Below the pieces are notes generated by a model, which saw only the letters and a program-made list of their open reading frames with translations, made no database searches and was not told the DNA's origin. The translations under genes were made by a program, and so were the position numbers. A DNA stretch of 20,000 nucleotides from Ancylonema sp. (lineage: Eukaryota), in contig JBFLGF010000090.1 of the NCBI GenBank assembly GCA_050230475.1, positions 49,417-69,416 of the forward strand, read 5' to 3'. This document shows positions 1 through 10,199 of the stretch, one piece after another. How positions within the stretch are numbered: position 1 is the first letter of the stretch; each line of letters starts with the position of its first letter.

Positions 1-4
1 ATTT

Positions 5-64
5 GCCCCTCATGGAGGTCTTCATGCCCCTCATGGAGGTCTCATGCCCCTCATGGAGGTCTTA
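5..64. repeat. Three tandem copies of a 20-21 bp unit, gcccctcatggaggtct(t)cat
   Basis: Read directly. Each unit contains the small inverted repeat cctc-atg-gagg. Confidence 0.9.
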
Positions 65-135
65 GATACCTCCGGCAAAGGCAGCAGCCAATCCAGTGCA
101 TATATGTGATATGGAACTCCATTATCACCATATCC

Positions 136-236
136 CTCTCATGCAATGTATCCGATGTTACATTGCATGGTTCCGATGTGGGGTACAATGCTCTTTCATG
201 CAATGGTTCCACTGTTACGTTGCATGGTTCCGATGT
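136..236. repeat. Two imperfect copies of a repeat with 57-bp period, each with an internal hairpin
   Basis: catgcaatgta (140-150) and tacattgcatg (159-169) form a perfect 11-bp inverted repeat. The second copy, catgcaatg...cgttgcatg, is at 197-226. Confidence 0.8.
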
Positions 237-274
237 AGAGTCTTTTGTGCTTCACTCTGAAGTAAGTAGCTCAC

Positions 275-415
275 CTAGTGTCGAGGACAAGTCCAGTTTC
301 CCTCCGGCACTCCTACCAGGGGTGGTGTTAATAAACACCAAGTGTGATACCCCTGGTTACACTTGTCGCACAGCACCATCCGTTTCGGGTAGGACTGCAA
401 CCCACAAACCCGGCA
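275..415 (-). pseudogene. PHD zinc finger at the C-terminus of the Gypsy integrase
   Basis: Manual translation: CRVCGLQSYPKRMVLCDKCNQGYHTWCLLTPPLVGVPEGNWTCPRH*. This has PHD spacing, the YHxxCL-xPPL-xxVP-xGxW-xC signature and His as the last ligand. It is frameshifted relative to ORF 328..510. Confidence 0.88.
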
Positions 416-800
416 TGTGCTGTCTCCCCGCGATCATACAACTCTGGGTAGACCCTCTTGTCTCCCACCGGTATAGTGCAGTGAGCAATGTGCTTCACTT
501 GCTCTTGCATTGTCGTCCCATCTCTACCCCCAAGAACTGCTATCCCTCAGTCCCTGAGCTCCACATCCTCAAGATGTGTGGCCTTGTGATGACCTCCAGG
601 GAGCTAGCCGTTGGCCGCTTCAGCAGCACGAAGTCTCCAACCTTGAACTTCGCCTTTGGCCTATCCCACCCTCCTCCACGGACTAGCTTGTACCTCTCCA
701 CCTCCCTTTGCTGGGCAATCGCCAGGTTCCTGAATGCCAGTGGCAGAACTTCCTGAAAGATCTGGCCCCTCCTATCTAGGAACACTTTCATGGCCTCCAC
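416..800 (-). pseudogene. Integrase C-terminal (GPY/F or SH3-like) region, frameshifted
   Basis: A..NL..AQQR...Y and FKVGDFVLLKR..RPHILR, typical of Gypsy integrase tails. Confidence 0.7.
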
Positions 801-2314
801 CCCTTGAGTCTCATCAAAGACTCTCTCCTCCTCGTCCTAGATCCGAGCTTGAAAGATCGGAAAAGCATGAAGTATGGCGAGTAGCCTAGTGACTTCTGCT
901 TGGACAGCCTGTAGCCCATAGCTACGTAAGGCTGCAGTTCATCCCACTGCTCCCCACCTCCCTCAAGCAAGCACTTCCTGAGTGCTTTCTTCATTGTTTT
1001 CACCATCCTCTCCGCCAACCCGTCTGACTGCGGGTGATCCCTGGCTGCAGTCCTGTGAGTGATCTCATGGCGGGCCACGAGTGTCTCAAACTCTCCTCGA
1101 AACTCACCACCCTGATCCGCAATCACCTCCCCTGGTGCGCCATACCTAGACAAGATCTGGGACTTGAACTGGTATGCCACCTCTTCGGCCCTCTTGGAGG
1201 TTGTTGGGATGAGCTCCACCCACTTGGTGAAATGCTCTATGCACACCAGCACATATTTGTTCCCCCTCTCCGTCTCCTCCATTGGCCCCGCAAAGTCTAC
1301 CCCCCACCTGTACATAGGTCCTTTGATGGGAAGCGGCTGAAGGTTCTTCCCAGACTCTCTGAAAGCACCCTTGCCCCGAGCGCAACTCATACACTCTTTC
1401 ACCACTTTCGCCACCATCTCCACCATGCCTCTCCACCAATAGGTCTTTCCCAACAAGTCTGCTACCCTCATGACCCCAAAGTGCCCCATCTCCTCGTGCA
1501 CTTTCTTCACCAGCCCCCCCCGCTCCCGCGGTCTTGGGATCACTAGCATCCTCCCTTTCTCTCCCACCTTGTACAGGTTGGTTCCCAGCCACCTGTACTT
1601 GGTCCCCCTCCGGTACACCCGATCTCTCTCCAGAGCATCCCACTCCTCACTGTGCTTGCCAGCCTGCAGGTACTCAAGCAAGTACTTGTCAGCCCACACC
1701 TCCCCCGAGGCTGCGTCAGTGGTCTCATCCACTTTCTTATGTTCCCCCACTCCTAGTGCCAAAAGAGTCATGGCTAAAAGAGTCTCGGGTCGGAAAGTGA
1801 TATCACCCCGGTCCCAGTCAGGAACCTCAAGTCCTCCTATGGAATCCATGGGAAACCTGGAAAGGCAATGTGCGTTGCCGTTCTCTGCGCCTGCCCTGTG
1901 CTCCACCTTGAAGTCGAACTCTTGCAGCAACAAAGCCCACCTCGCCAGCTTCCCCGACAGCTTCTTTGTCGACAGGATCCACTTGATTGGCTCATGGTCG
2001 GTCACCAGTGTGAACTGGTTTCCGATCACGTACTGCCTGAAATGTGAAGTCGCCCACACCGCAGCCAAACACTCCCCCTCAAAACTAGAATAGTTATTCT
2101 CAACTGGGTTGCAACTCCTGCTGGCATAAGCCACAACATAGTCCAGCCCCCGCTCGTCCTTCTGCCCAAGGACTGCCCCCATCCCCTTCTGACTCTAGTC
2201 AGTAGCAAGGTAGAAGGGCTTGCTCCCATCTGGTCGCCTCAGCACCCCAGCCGAACACAGCGCCTCCTTCAGCTTTAGGAAGGCCTCCTTCTGTTCCCCC
2301 CCTCACTCCCAGAC
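788..2314 (-). pseudogene. Gypsy RNase H and integrase core
   Basis: RNase H: LATD*S..GMGAVLGQ, VVAYASR, YSSFEGECLAAVWA, LVTDHEP. Integrase: H-EEMGH...CMSC zinc finger; VDFAG, ADQGGEF, GLAERMV (D-D-E). Confidence 0.95.
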
Positions 2315-3200
2315 CTATCCTTTCCGCAACAGCTTGTTGAGCGGAAAGGCAATGGTGTTGAAGTGCGGTACAAACTTGCGATAGTAGCTGAATAACCCCG
2401 AAGCCCCCCTTAGCGATGACAAGTTTGTAGGTGCTGGTAGATCCTTGACTGCCTTCACCTTCTCCTCCTGCGGCTGCAACTCTGCTGCAGTGATCTTGTG
2501 CCCCAGGAAGTCGATGCTCTCCACAGCAAATAGACACGTCCCTGGGTGCACATTCAACCCCGCTGCTCTGAGTCGTCTGAAGACCTCCTGCAGATGCTCC
2601 AGATGCTCCTCCAGCGTGCTTCTCCACACGATGATGTCATCGATGTAACACCTCGCAAATGTCAGCCCCCCCAGAATGTGGTCCGTCTGACGCTGAAAGT
2701 AAGGTGGCGCGTTCTTCAGTCCGAACGGCACTACGCACCACTCCCACAGCATCCGCCTGGCTCCCCAGAATGTTGTCTTGGCACGGTCCCTCCTACAGTA
2801 GTGGCATCTGATGGTACCCCGACCTCAGATCCAGCTTGCTGAAGATCTTTGCCTCCTTCATGACATCGAAGATGTCCTCTATCAATGGCAGCGAGTACTT
2901 GTCGACGGCGTCAGTGCATTGATCGGCCTGTAGTCCCCGCACTTTCTGAAGTCAGTGTAGTTCCCCTCATCGTCCTTCTTCTTCACCACCACAGTAGCCG
3001 AAGCATACTTGGTCTGGACTGATTTCCTTGATGAACTTCAGCTTCTCCAGCTTCTCGCACTGCTTCTCCACAAACTCCCACTCCTTTTCCCCGAGTTTCT
3101 GCGGCGGCCTGTAAACCCTCCCCTCCGACACCCCCCCGATGCTCATTGGCTCTCCCTTGAACTGCTCCAGATCCTCCATGCTGTAAGCAAAGCGACAATT
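2315..3200 (-). pseudogene. Gypsy reverse transcriptase, several frameshifts
   Basis: PFGLKNAP, YIDDII, IDFLGH, GLFSYYRKFVPHF. N-terminal VYRPPQKL...EKQCEKL is in ORF 2967..3374. Confidence 0.95.
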
Positions 3201-4391
3201 GTTCTCCCTCAGCAGCTCCAACACCAGCAGCTGGTCCCTTTCCTTTACCCCCCCCCCACCCTTGATTTTCTTAAAATTCTCAAAAAAAACAGGTTTTCGG
3301 TTTAAGATCCCACCCTTAGTGCTCACTCCTACCCCTGAGTGCTGGCTACCGTTCCCCCCAAACTCCCCCTGCACATCATTTTTTTTTTTGTTTTTTTATG
3401 ATTTTCTGAAGTTTTCAGTGGGGCCCCAACCTCCCCACCCCCAACCTCCCCCAACCGCTTCCTCTCCCCCAGAGCAGCCATCTGCAGCTCTGTAGGCCTC
3501 AGTTCTGCTCCAAATCCAGAGTGCAATAGTGCTATGGATATCTCTTTCCCCCATCTATGGTTTTTTAAATCCATGACATCCCCCCCTAAAACCCCTGTCT
3601 GAAAATCCAAATCTTGGATTTCAGATCTGGCCAACTCCAATTTACACTCAGAGTAGTAAAAAGGGCTGGAAATCTTTGATATTGAGTTTCTGAGTACACG
3701 AAATGGCTTGTTGAAATTTCCTACTCTATCCTCACTACCAGCTCGAAAACCTGCTTCTGGTTCCAAAACCCTAGGGTTTAACAGCACTTTTTCTGAATTC
3801 TGGACAGAATTCTGGCCTTTTTGACTGCCTGAGATACCTAGCTCTCCTTGGCTGCTAACTTGTCCAAATTCTGATCTGATTAGTGATCCTGGCTCCTTAG
3901 ATACTTCACTACCAGATCTCAAAGTTACAGATTTTTCTGGATGGAGGTGCAAAAACGCCCCATCAGCATCTCCCTCAGCTATTTTTTTGTCGGGAAGGCC
4001 AGCTGGCAATGATAAATGTTGCCCTGAGCTTCTCCCTTCGAATATGGCTGCACCCAGCTTGTTTCCTGGTTCTTCTTAATGCCCTCTAGCTGATCCCAAA
4101 TTTTCAGCTTAGCATCGAAGTCTAGCAGCGCGCGCACCACTTTTTGTGCCTCTGCCATCTCCCCTCCCCCTATGAGCCCAGCATACATTCCGTATGCTGG
4201 AGGGCTGTCCTTTTCGATTTCACTCCTCTGGTTTTCACCATTGTGTTCCTGATCTCCCCAGCTCCATTCTCGTGAGCCATTGCCAGTTGCCCCCAACCGT
4301 GCCCCAACCGCACCCTCCCCGCAGTCCCCCTTGAACTGCGGCTGGCCCCCCCCAACCCCTGATCTTTTAGGGGTTGGGTGGCAGCGCCTCC

Positions 4392-5400
4392 CTAGCTGAT
4401 CATGCTGGCTTCCCACAGAGCCCCCAGCCACCTCATGGTGTTGCCCTCCATGCATTTCCCCAGCCTCTCCGCTCGCTGCTTCGCGGAAACCACCTCCGCC
4501 CGAGTGGTCCCCTCAGGGAACCCCAACAGCTGCTCTTTCTCACCCACATCTGGCTCCTCCCGCCTGTGGGTGTTGGTGTTGTACACCTGCCCCTCCCCTG
4601 GGCTCCCATCCTCCTGGGTTCTGAAGGCATAGCTCCCCTGAAAGCTGACGATTGTCGGCATCAGGATCCTCTCCTCTCCTCGGAAATTCCTCACGACCTG
4701 AGGTGGGAAGTCGGTGAAAGCAGGTGCCTTGGGGATGTGATACTCCCTCAAGATCTCCCTCAGTGGTGGGCTTGGCTGCAGATCCTGCGGAATGGCCTCT
4801 TGCAGCTCATCCCGGTCCATAGCGTTCGTCCAACAGTAGCGCAGCCGATGGCTGGCTGCCCCCAACCCCCCTGCGTCCAGAACCACCCCCAACCCAATAA
4901 AAGACTCTATCAGGCATCTTTGCCAACTCCCCGGGAGAGGTATTTTCCAGAAAGTAGACTGGCGATCTCTCCTGGTGGTGCTGCAGCCACCCAAGGATGC
5001 GCATCAAGTCGTAGAAATACTGAAACCGCTTGTCTGCGTACCCCTCCTGCTTGCCTCCCCTGCTGATACTCTGGCACTCCGAGCCAGCCCCCACTATGTC
5101 GACCTCCCCGTTTTGCGCAATGAGATTCACCAGCGCCATTTCTCCGATCAGCCCCACATCCTGTGGCAGCCTCTTCTCCCAGCCAATGAATGCCCCCCTG
5201 TTGATCTGGCCTGGGTACTCAAGGATCAGCTTCTCGATCACCCCCTCGTTGATCCGGTTGGAGATGAGGTCTCTCTCGGCGCACGACACCAGCCGCACCC
5301 TCAACCCTGCCGCCAAGGCTGTTCTAGTGGGCCCCAGACCGATGCCACTGAAAAGTTCGACAATATGCACTCCCTCTTCTGGTGCCTCCTCCCTCAGGCT
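4392..5400 (-). pseudogene. DNA (cytosine-5) methyltransferase domain, DNMT3-like, inside the Gypsy polyprotein; one frameshift near 4935
   Basis: Motif I ELFSGIG (~5341-5364), II AERD, III QDV, IV GSECQSIS (Cys at 5074-5076), VI FLENT (~4941-4953), VIII AASHRLRYCWTN (~4821-4856), IX EKEQLLGFPEGTT, X QRAERLGKCM. Motifs are in the unpermuted I-X order. Confidence 0.9.
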
Positions 5401-6385
5401 CACGACCCGTGTGTTGATCGGAGCTGCTCCCCTCACTGGTGGTCCCACCCACTTCCAGGATCTCTCGACTCTGACCTTTCCCAGCAACCTCTCCCTTGCC
5501 TTCAGCAGCCTCAAAGCTGCAGCCGCTCGCCGTGCTGCATCCGCCTGCTGCACTGCTACCACGCGAAGATCTGCCTCACTAGGCTCACCAGTCAGCTCCC
5601 CCAACCGCGGTTGGGACTAACTTTGCTGTGCGCTCTTCACAGCCACCCCCCCCACCATCACCCTAGGGTCAGGTTGCACCACACTCGTGTGCTTCCCCCA
5701 TCCCTGAATATGTCCCTCCTCCCCCTTTCCCAGCATCTGCTGCGGTTGGGGGCCCCAGCCGCGGTTGGCCCTCCTCCAGCTGCGGTTGGGTGGTTGCCCC
5801 CCCCTCCCTTGGGCTATCTCCCAACTCTATGACCGCCATGCCCTGAAATTTCTCCCAGGCTTCCCCATTACCCCCCCCATACCCCTCCTCAGCCACCCCG
5901 TACTTTTTCCACCCATCTCCTCCTCCAGCAAGAGGTTGGCCTCATCGAGCGCCACCCTTCGAGCTATTTCCACATCCATATCCCACCCCCGTGCCGCATG
6001 CTCCTTCATCTGCTCCAATAAAGTGAGCAGTGCCAGATTCTGCACCTCCCCTTCCCACTCTAACTCCACAACCCCCTCACTCTCACCCCCCCCATATCCC
6101 CCTCCTCAATCTCCTGCCACTCATATGAAGTGTCACCGTCCGCATCCTCGAATTGACCCTCCTCAGCCTCTAAGCTGTAGAGATCAGACTGCATATGAAC
6201 CTCTCTTGACCACTCCCTGTGGATCCTACCCAACGCCATGGCCTACATAGGCAGTGTTGAGCGCAGTGCCCTGCACTCCTCCTCTGTCATCCTCCCCTGA
6301 GCCGGTACAACCCCTCTGATCTTTCCCCCCCCCTCAGCCGCTGAGCGATGGTAGTCTACTCTCCATTTGAAAACCTCTACCCAAC

Positions 6386-6832
6386 CTATACCCCCCCAAT
6401 AGGCCCAATAACCTCCATCCCCAGTAACACGTCGTAACACTCAGTGTCCACTACGAAAGCTACCTCATTGTACGTGGTCTCGTACCGTGTTCCAGCAGCC
6501 AGGGTGAATCTCATCTTCTCCCTTGTCATGCGCTGACCCGTCGCCATCTTCCTTGTTGCCGAAACGAATGACACCCCCACTGTCAACTGCCCCTCTGTGA
6601 GCCCCATACGTCTAGCCATCCGAGGGCTAATCATTGGTTTAGTAGCCCCCGAATCCAGAATCACCATGCCCAATGGGGATATGCCATTCACCACCAACTC
6701 CGTGTTTTTCACTGGAAGTGTAGCCACACTCCAGGGTCCCTTCTGCCCTCCCCCTTCTACCCATCCCGCGTGTAGTGGATCCCCCTCCACTAATGACCTC
6801 AACCCCCCGTACTGATCCATATTTTTCTGCAA
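6386..6832 (-). pseudogene. Gypsy aspartic protease
   Basis: VILDSGAT active site (~6641-6661) and a downstream YDVLLG motif. Confidence 0.9.
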
Positions 6833-8061
6833 GACCTATGCTTGTAGCTTGTGGTTTCTTTCTAGGGTTTTAAACTTCTCTGTCAGCATGTTTGCTAGCA
6901 CCTCCCCTTGTGTTCCCAATCCCCTCCCCATGATCTGAATCATCTTTGCCTGGTCTATTACCGCCCCTGAGTCACCTAGCTTCTTGAGATCCCCTACCAC
7001 CTCCAACCTCCCCGTCATAATTGGCATCGTCTCTGCAAGTTTCCCTCCTGGCCTCCTGGAGCCGCTGCCTCTAGTTCCACCAGCCTCTCCCTCTCCTTGG
7101 CATTATAAACCACCTCCTGTACCCCCTCCTCCGCCACCTCTATTGAAACCGGTTCTCGGCCGTATCTGCCGTACTCAACTCGCCAGTCATAAGACCCGAA
7201 TTGTAGATCGGTTGCCTCTTGCAATGCTCTACCCGCTGCAGTGTCCATTCCTGGAGGGTATCCCATAGGAGGGTATCCCTCACAGTACTACCCTCCCCGA
7301 CAAACACCGCTAGAGCACCCGTCGCCATTGCTGACGGAGGCGTTGTCACCCCTGTGACGCTCATCCCTGGTCGGATCTGAACTGACGGCCCTCTATCTAC
7401 CCTCTCTGAAGGGTAGATAATGTCGCGTGGCTGAGTGTTGTGTGCGAAAATAACTATCCTCGGTCTCCCTCGTCCCCTCCTCTCTGCCGCCGTCGCTTCT
7501 GCTGCACGGACCCCAGTTGCGTGCACTGCCCTCTCTGCTGCCTCTTCCTGCTCCAGACGTTGCCCTACGTTCTCGATCACACGCCTCAAATCAGGTGCCC
7601 CCGGTGATCTCGGTCGTGTCCCCCCTTTAGCTGCCCCCGCACTCTGGGGTCCCAGCTTGCCTTCCAGGCTGCTACCCTCTCCCCTCTCCCTCCCCTCTAG
7701 CCTCTCGGAAGTCAGAACTCCCTCCTCCAGCCCGCCCTCCCCTAGCGCGTGGCGCCATCATCTTGAATGGTGGCCTGACGTGCACCACTGGCACGTCCAT
7801 GACAACCCACATCTTCCCCACGTAGAATCCCAGTTCCACTCCGTTTACATCACCCTCCTCAGCCACCCCCATTGCCAGCATCTGGCGTGGGTAACCAGGG
7901 CTGAAGAACTCTTCATCTCCTCGGCCCAGCCTCTCCTCAAACTCTGGAGTTCTCCTTCCTGGTGGCCCTGGTACCGCCATGGCCAACCCCTGACGTGGCC
8001 GCTTGGCATCAGGTGCCCCCCCGGGGTTGTAGTTCTTGGGGCGAAGCTCCGGGTGCTTTGC

Positions 8062-9386
8062 CTAACACTGCTCCTCGGTGTGGTTCTGTTTGTCACAAAA
8101 CCTGCAAGGTGCCCCCTCCGTCATGTGCACCCGTGGCATGGACATGGCCACCCCTCTCGCCGTCCCAAATCTGGCGGCGAAGGGTGCTTTCATACCCTTC
8201 CCGCGTCTTGCTGTTGCGGTCTTGAGTGCCTCCCTCAGCCTCCCCGCCGTCTCCTCCCTCGTCCCCGTGGGACAGTTGGCAGCGCGGTGCCCCAGTCTGT
8301 CACAAGTGAAACACTTGACAAGGCTTTTCCCCCCCATCCCTCCTCCTCCAGTCCCACCCCCTCCACTCCCAACCCCCCCTCCTCCTCCATTCCCATCCCC
8401 CCCCCCTCCTCCTCCCTCTCTCGGCTTCCCTTTCCCCTCCTCCCGTCCCCCTCCCTCCTTTTCCCCCTCTTTTTGACGCGGCAACAGGCCAAACATCCGC
8501 AACTCCGCATCCCGCGACATCTGCGCTCTCTCCTGGGAGGTGGCAATATCTCTGACATCTGCCATACTTATCTTGGGAAGTCCTCCTCCATCCCGGCGCT
8601 GCTCCTCAGCCCGAAGCTTTGGGCCGACCACCCCCCGCAACCCTCCCAGCAAACAATCCTCATAAAAGCACGCTGCCTGACGCGCGCTGACCATATGTGG
8701 AACGAGGTTAACAGTTATCCGGAACAAGTCCTCGTAGATGGAGTTTGAGGTAGCTCCTGCTGGTGGTCTGAAGTTCTGGAACTCCCCTAACCATTCTGAC
8801 CCCGCGGTTGCAAATCGCGTCCTCAATCGCTGGAAGAATCCCTTGAGATCAGAGCTTCCAGAGGTACTGCTGGAGGCCCCTGAAGCCCTGAGGTGAGTCG
8901 CATCAGGTGCCAACTCGCCTTCTGCCCATAGTATACGCGCCAGACCACTCTCACTATTTCCACCACTTGCGCTATTGCCAACGCTGGGTTATCACGGTCA
9001 TGCGGGTCAATGGACCAGCGGTAATAATCTAGAACCAATCTTGCCTGCCCCTCTACGTGGCCTGACATCCGCTTGAGGACCTCAAACTGACCATATTCCC
9101 CACTAAGGAATTTTTGGAGATTACGCTTCTCTGCCTCCCACATATATTTCATATTTTGGATAAATTGGCGCTGCGCCACCCCTCCTCCTCCTGAATACTT
9201 GGGCACAACCAAAGTACTCTCCATCTCTGCCTCCTCCTCTCAACCCGCGAAATACACCAACGAATAAGCCGCAAACATAGGTACCGGAGGTACAAAAGCC
9301 GGTGGTTGATATATGACAAGCTGAAAATTCTCCACTTCGGCCTCTCCCTCTGAGTTTGCCGAACCCTGAGAATCAACTGATCCTGC
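8062..9386 (-). pseudogene. Gypsy gag, main part, with two CCHC zinc knuckles
   Basis: CFTCDRLGHRAANC and CRFCDKQNHTEEQC (CX2CX4HX4C), preceded by a Gly-rich linker. Stop at 9240 and a frameshift near 8900. Confidence 0.85.
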
Positions 9387-9833
9387 TTTTAGCAATGTTA
9401 CGTGATAGGTGTGCACGATCGTGTTAATCTTTCCGTACAAGGAACTTCGTCTCTCAAAGATGATCAATGACAAGTATAGTGTTGGAAGAATTATTATTGA
9501 ATGGTCGGCATCGTGTAGGTATACCACGATGCCTCATCCAAAACAAGAATCTACAAAGCGTGCCGACGGTCGTATCGACGGACCGTCGGCCTATCAAAAC
9601 ACAACAACAGTCAGATCCTGACACCGGCACATGCCGGACAGTCTGACAAGACATAGTCTAGATTCGGAACCATCTAGACCGCACGTGCTACAAACCGGCA
9701 CAACGAAACGTCATATTCGGGTGCCCGGACATAAGTCCGGCCCCTCAATATAAGCACACCCTAGGAACCGGTGTTACACTAACAGTCTGGACTAGCACAC
9801 TTGCAAACATGGCTATCCGATATTATTCCTACA
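9387..9833 (-). repeat. Copia 3' LTR (447 bp)
   Basis: Direct repeat of 14997-15469. Begins TGTAGGAAT on the minus strand. Confidence 0.95.
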
Positions 9834-9842
9834 CACCCCCTC
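9834..9842 (-). promoter_or_regulatory. Copia polypurine tract
   Basis: GAGGGGGTG lies immediately before the 3' LTR on the minus strand. Confidence 0.85.
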
Positions 9843-10199
9843 GGATGCCATGCCAAGTTTGGCATTGAGTCAGCACCAAGGGACTACCCTATCTACAGCT
9901 AAGTCATGGCGAAACCATGACATACGTAATATGAATGGCAACACATATGCCAGAATTCATGAACAACTGACCACTCTAGATGCAAGCAGATCTGCAACTT
10001 TTCAGGTGTCCTTAAGTGTTTTCAGGGCAGAAAAAAGAGTGGGGTGACTTAGCTGGATAGGCGAGCGTAGAGAGCCCTCCACAGGTGCATTTTGCAAGAA
10101 GAATAACAGAACATACACCCCCTGCCAAACATAGCATGGCAGCCGAAAATCTCCTAGAACTTAATGTGCACCCCCATTTCAGTGAACCCTCCCAAAACC

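Noticed and set aside
5..64. CRISPR-like palindromic repeats
   Set aside because: The units are directly adjacent with no spacers, there are no cas genes, and the context is a eukaryotic retroelement.
4392..5400. Host DRM/CMT gene, bacterial restriction-modification MTase, or DIRS-type MT domain
   Set aside because: Intronless, embedded between PR and RT and decayed like its neighbours. Motif order is not DRM-permuted and there is no chromodomain insertion. The element uses a DDE integrase, not a tyrosine recombinase.
7435..8748. 437-aa plus-strand ORF, and other long plus-strand ORFs (106..756, 1470..2093, 4374..5066, 4975..5832)
   Set aside because: Antisense shadows of GC-rich minus-strand TE coding sequence; Pro/Leu/Ser-rich with no motifs.
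9240..9654. Small ORFs duplicated at 14910-15297
   Set aside because: They are chance frames inside the two Copia LTRs.
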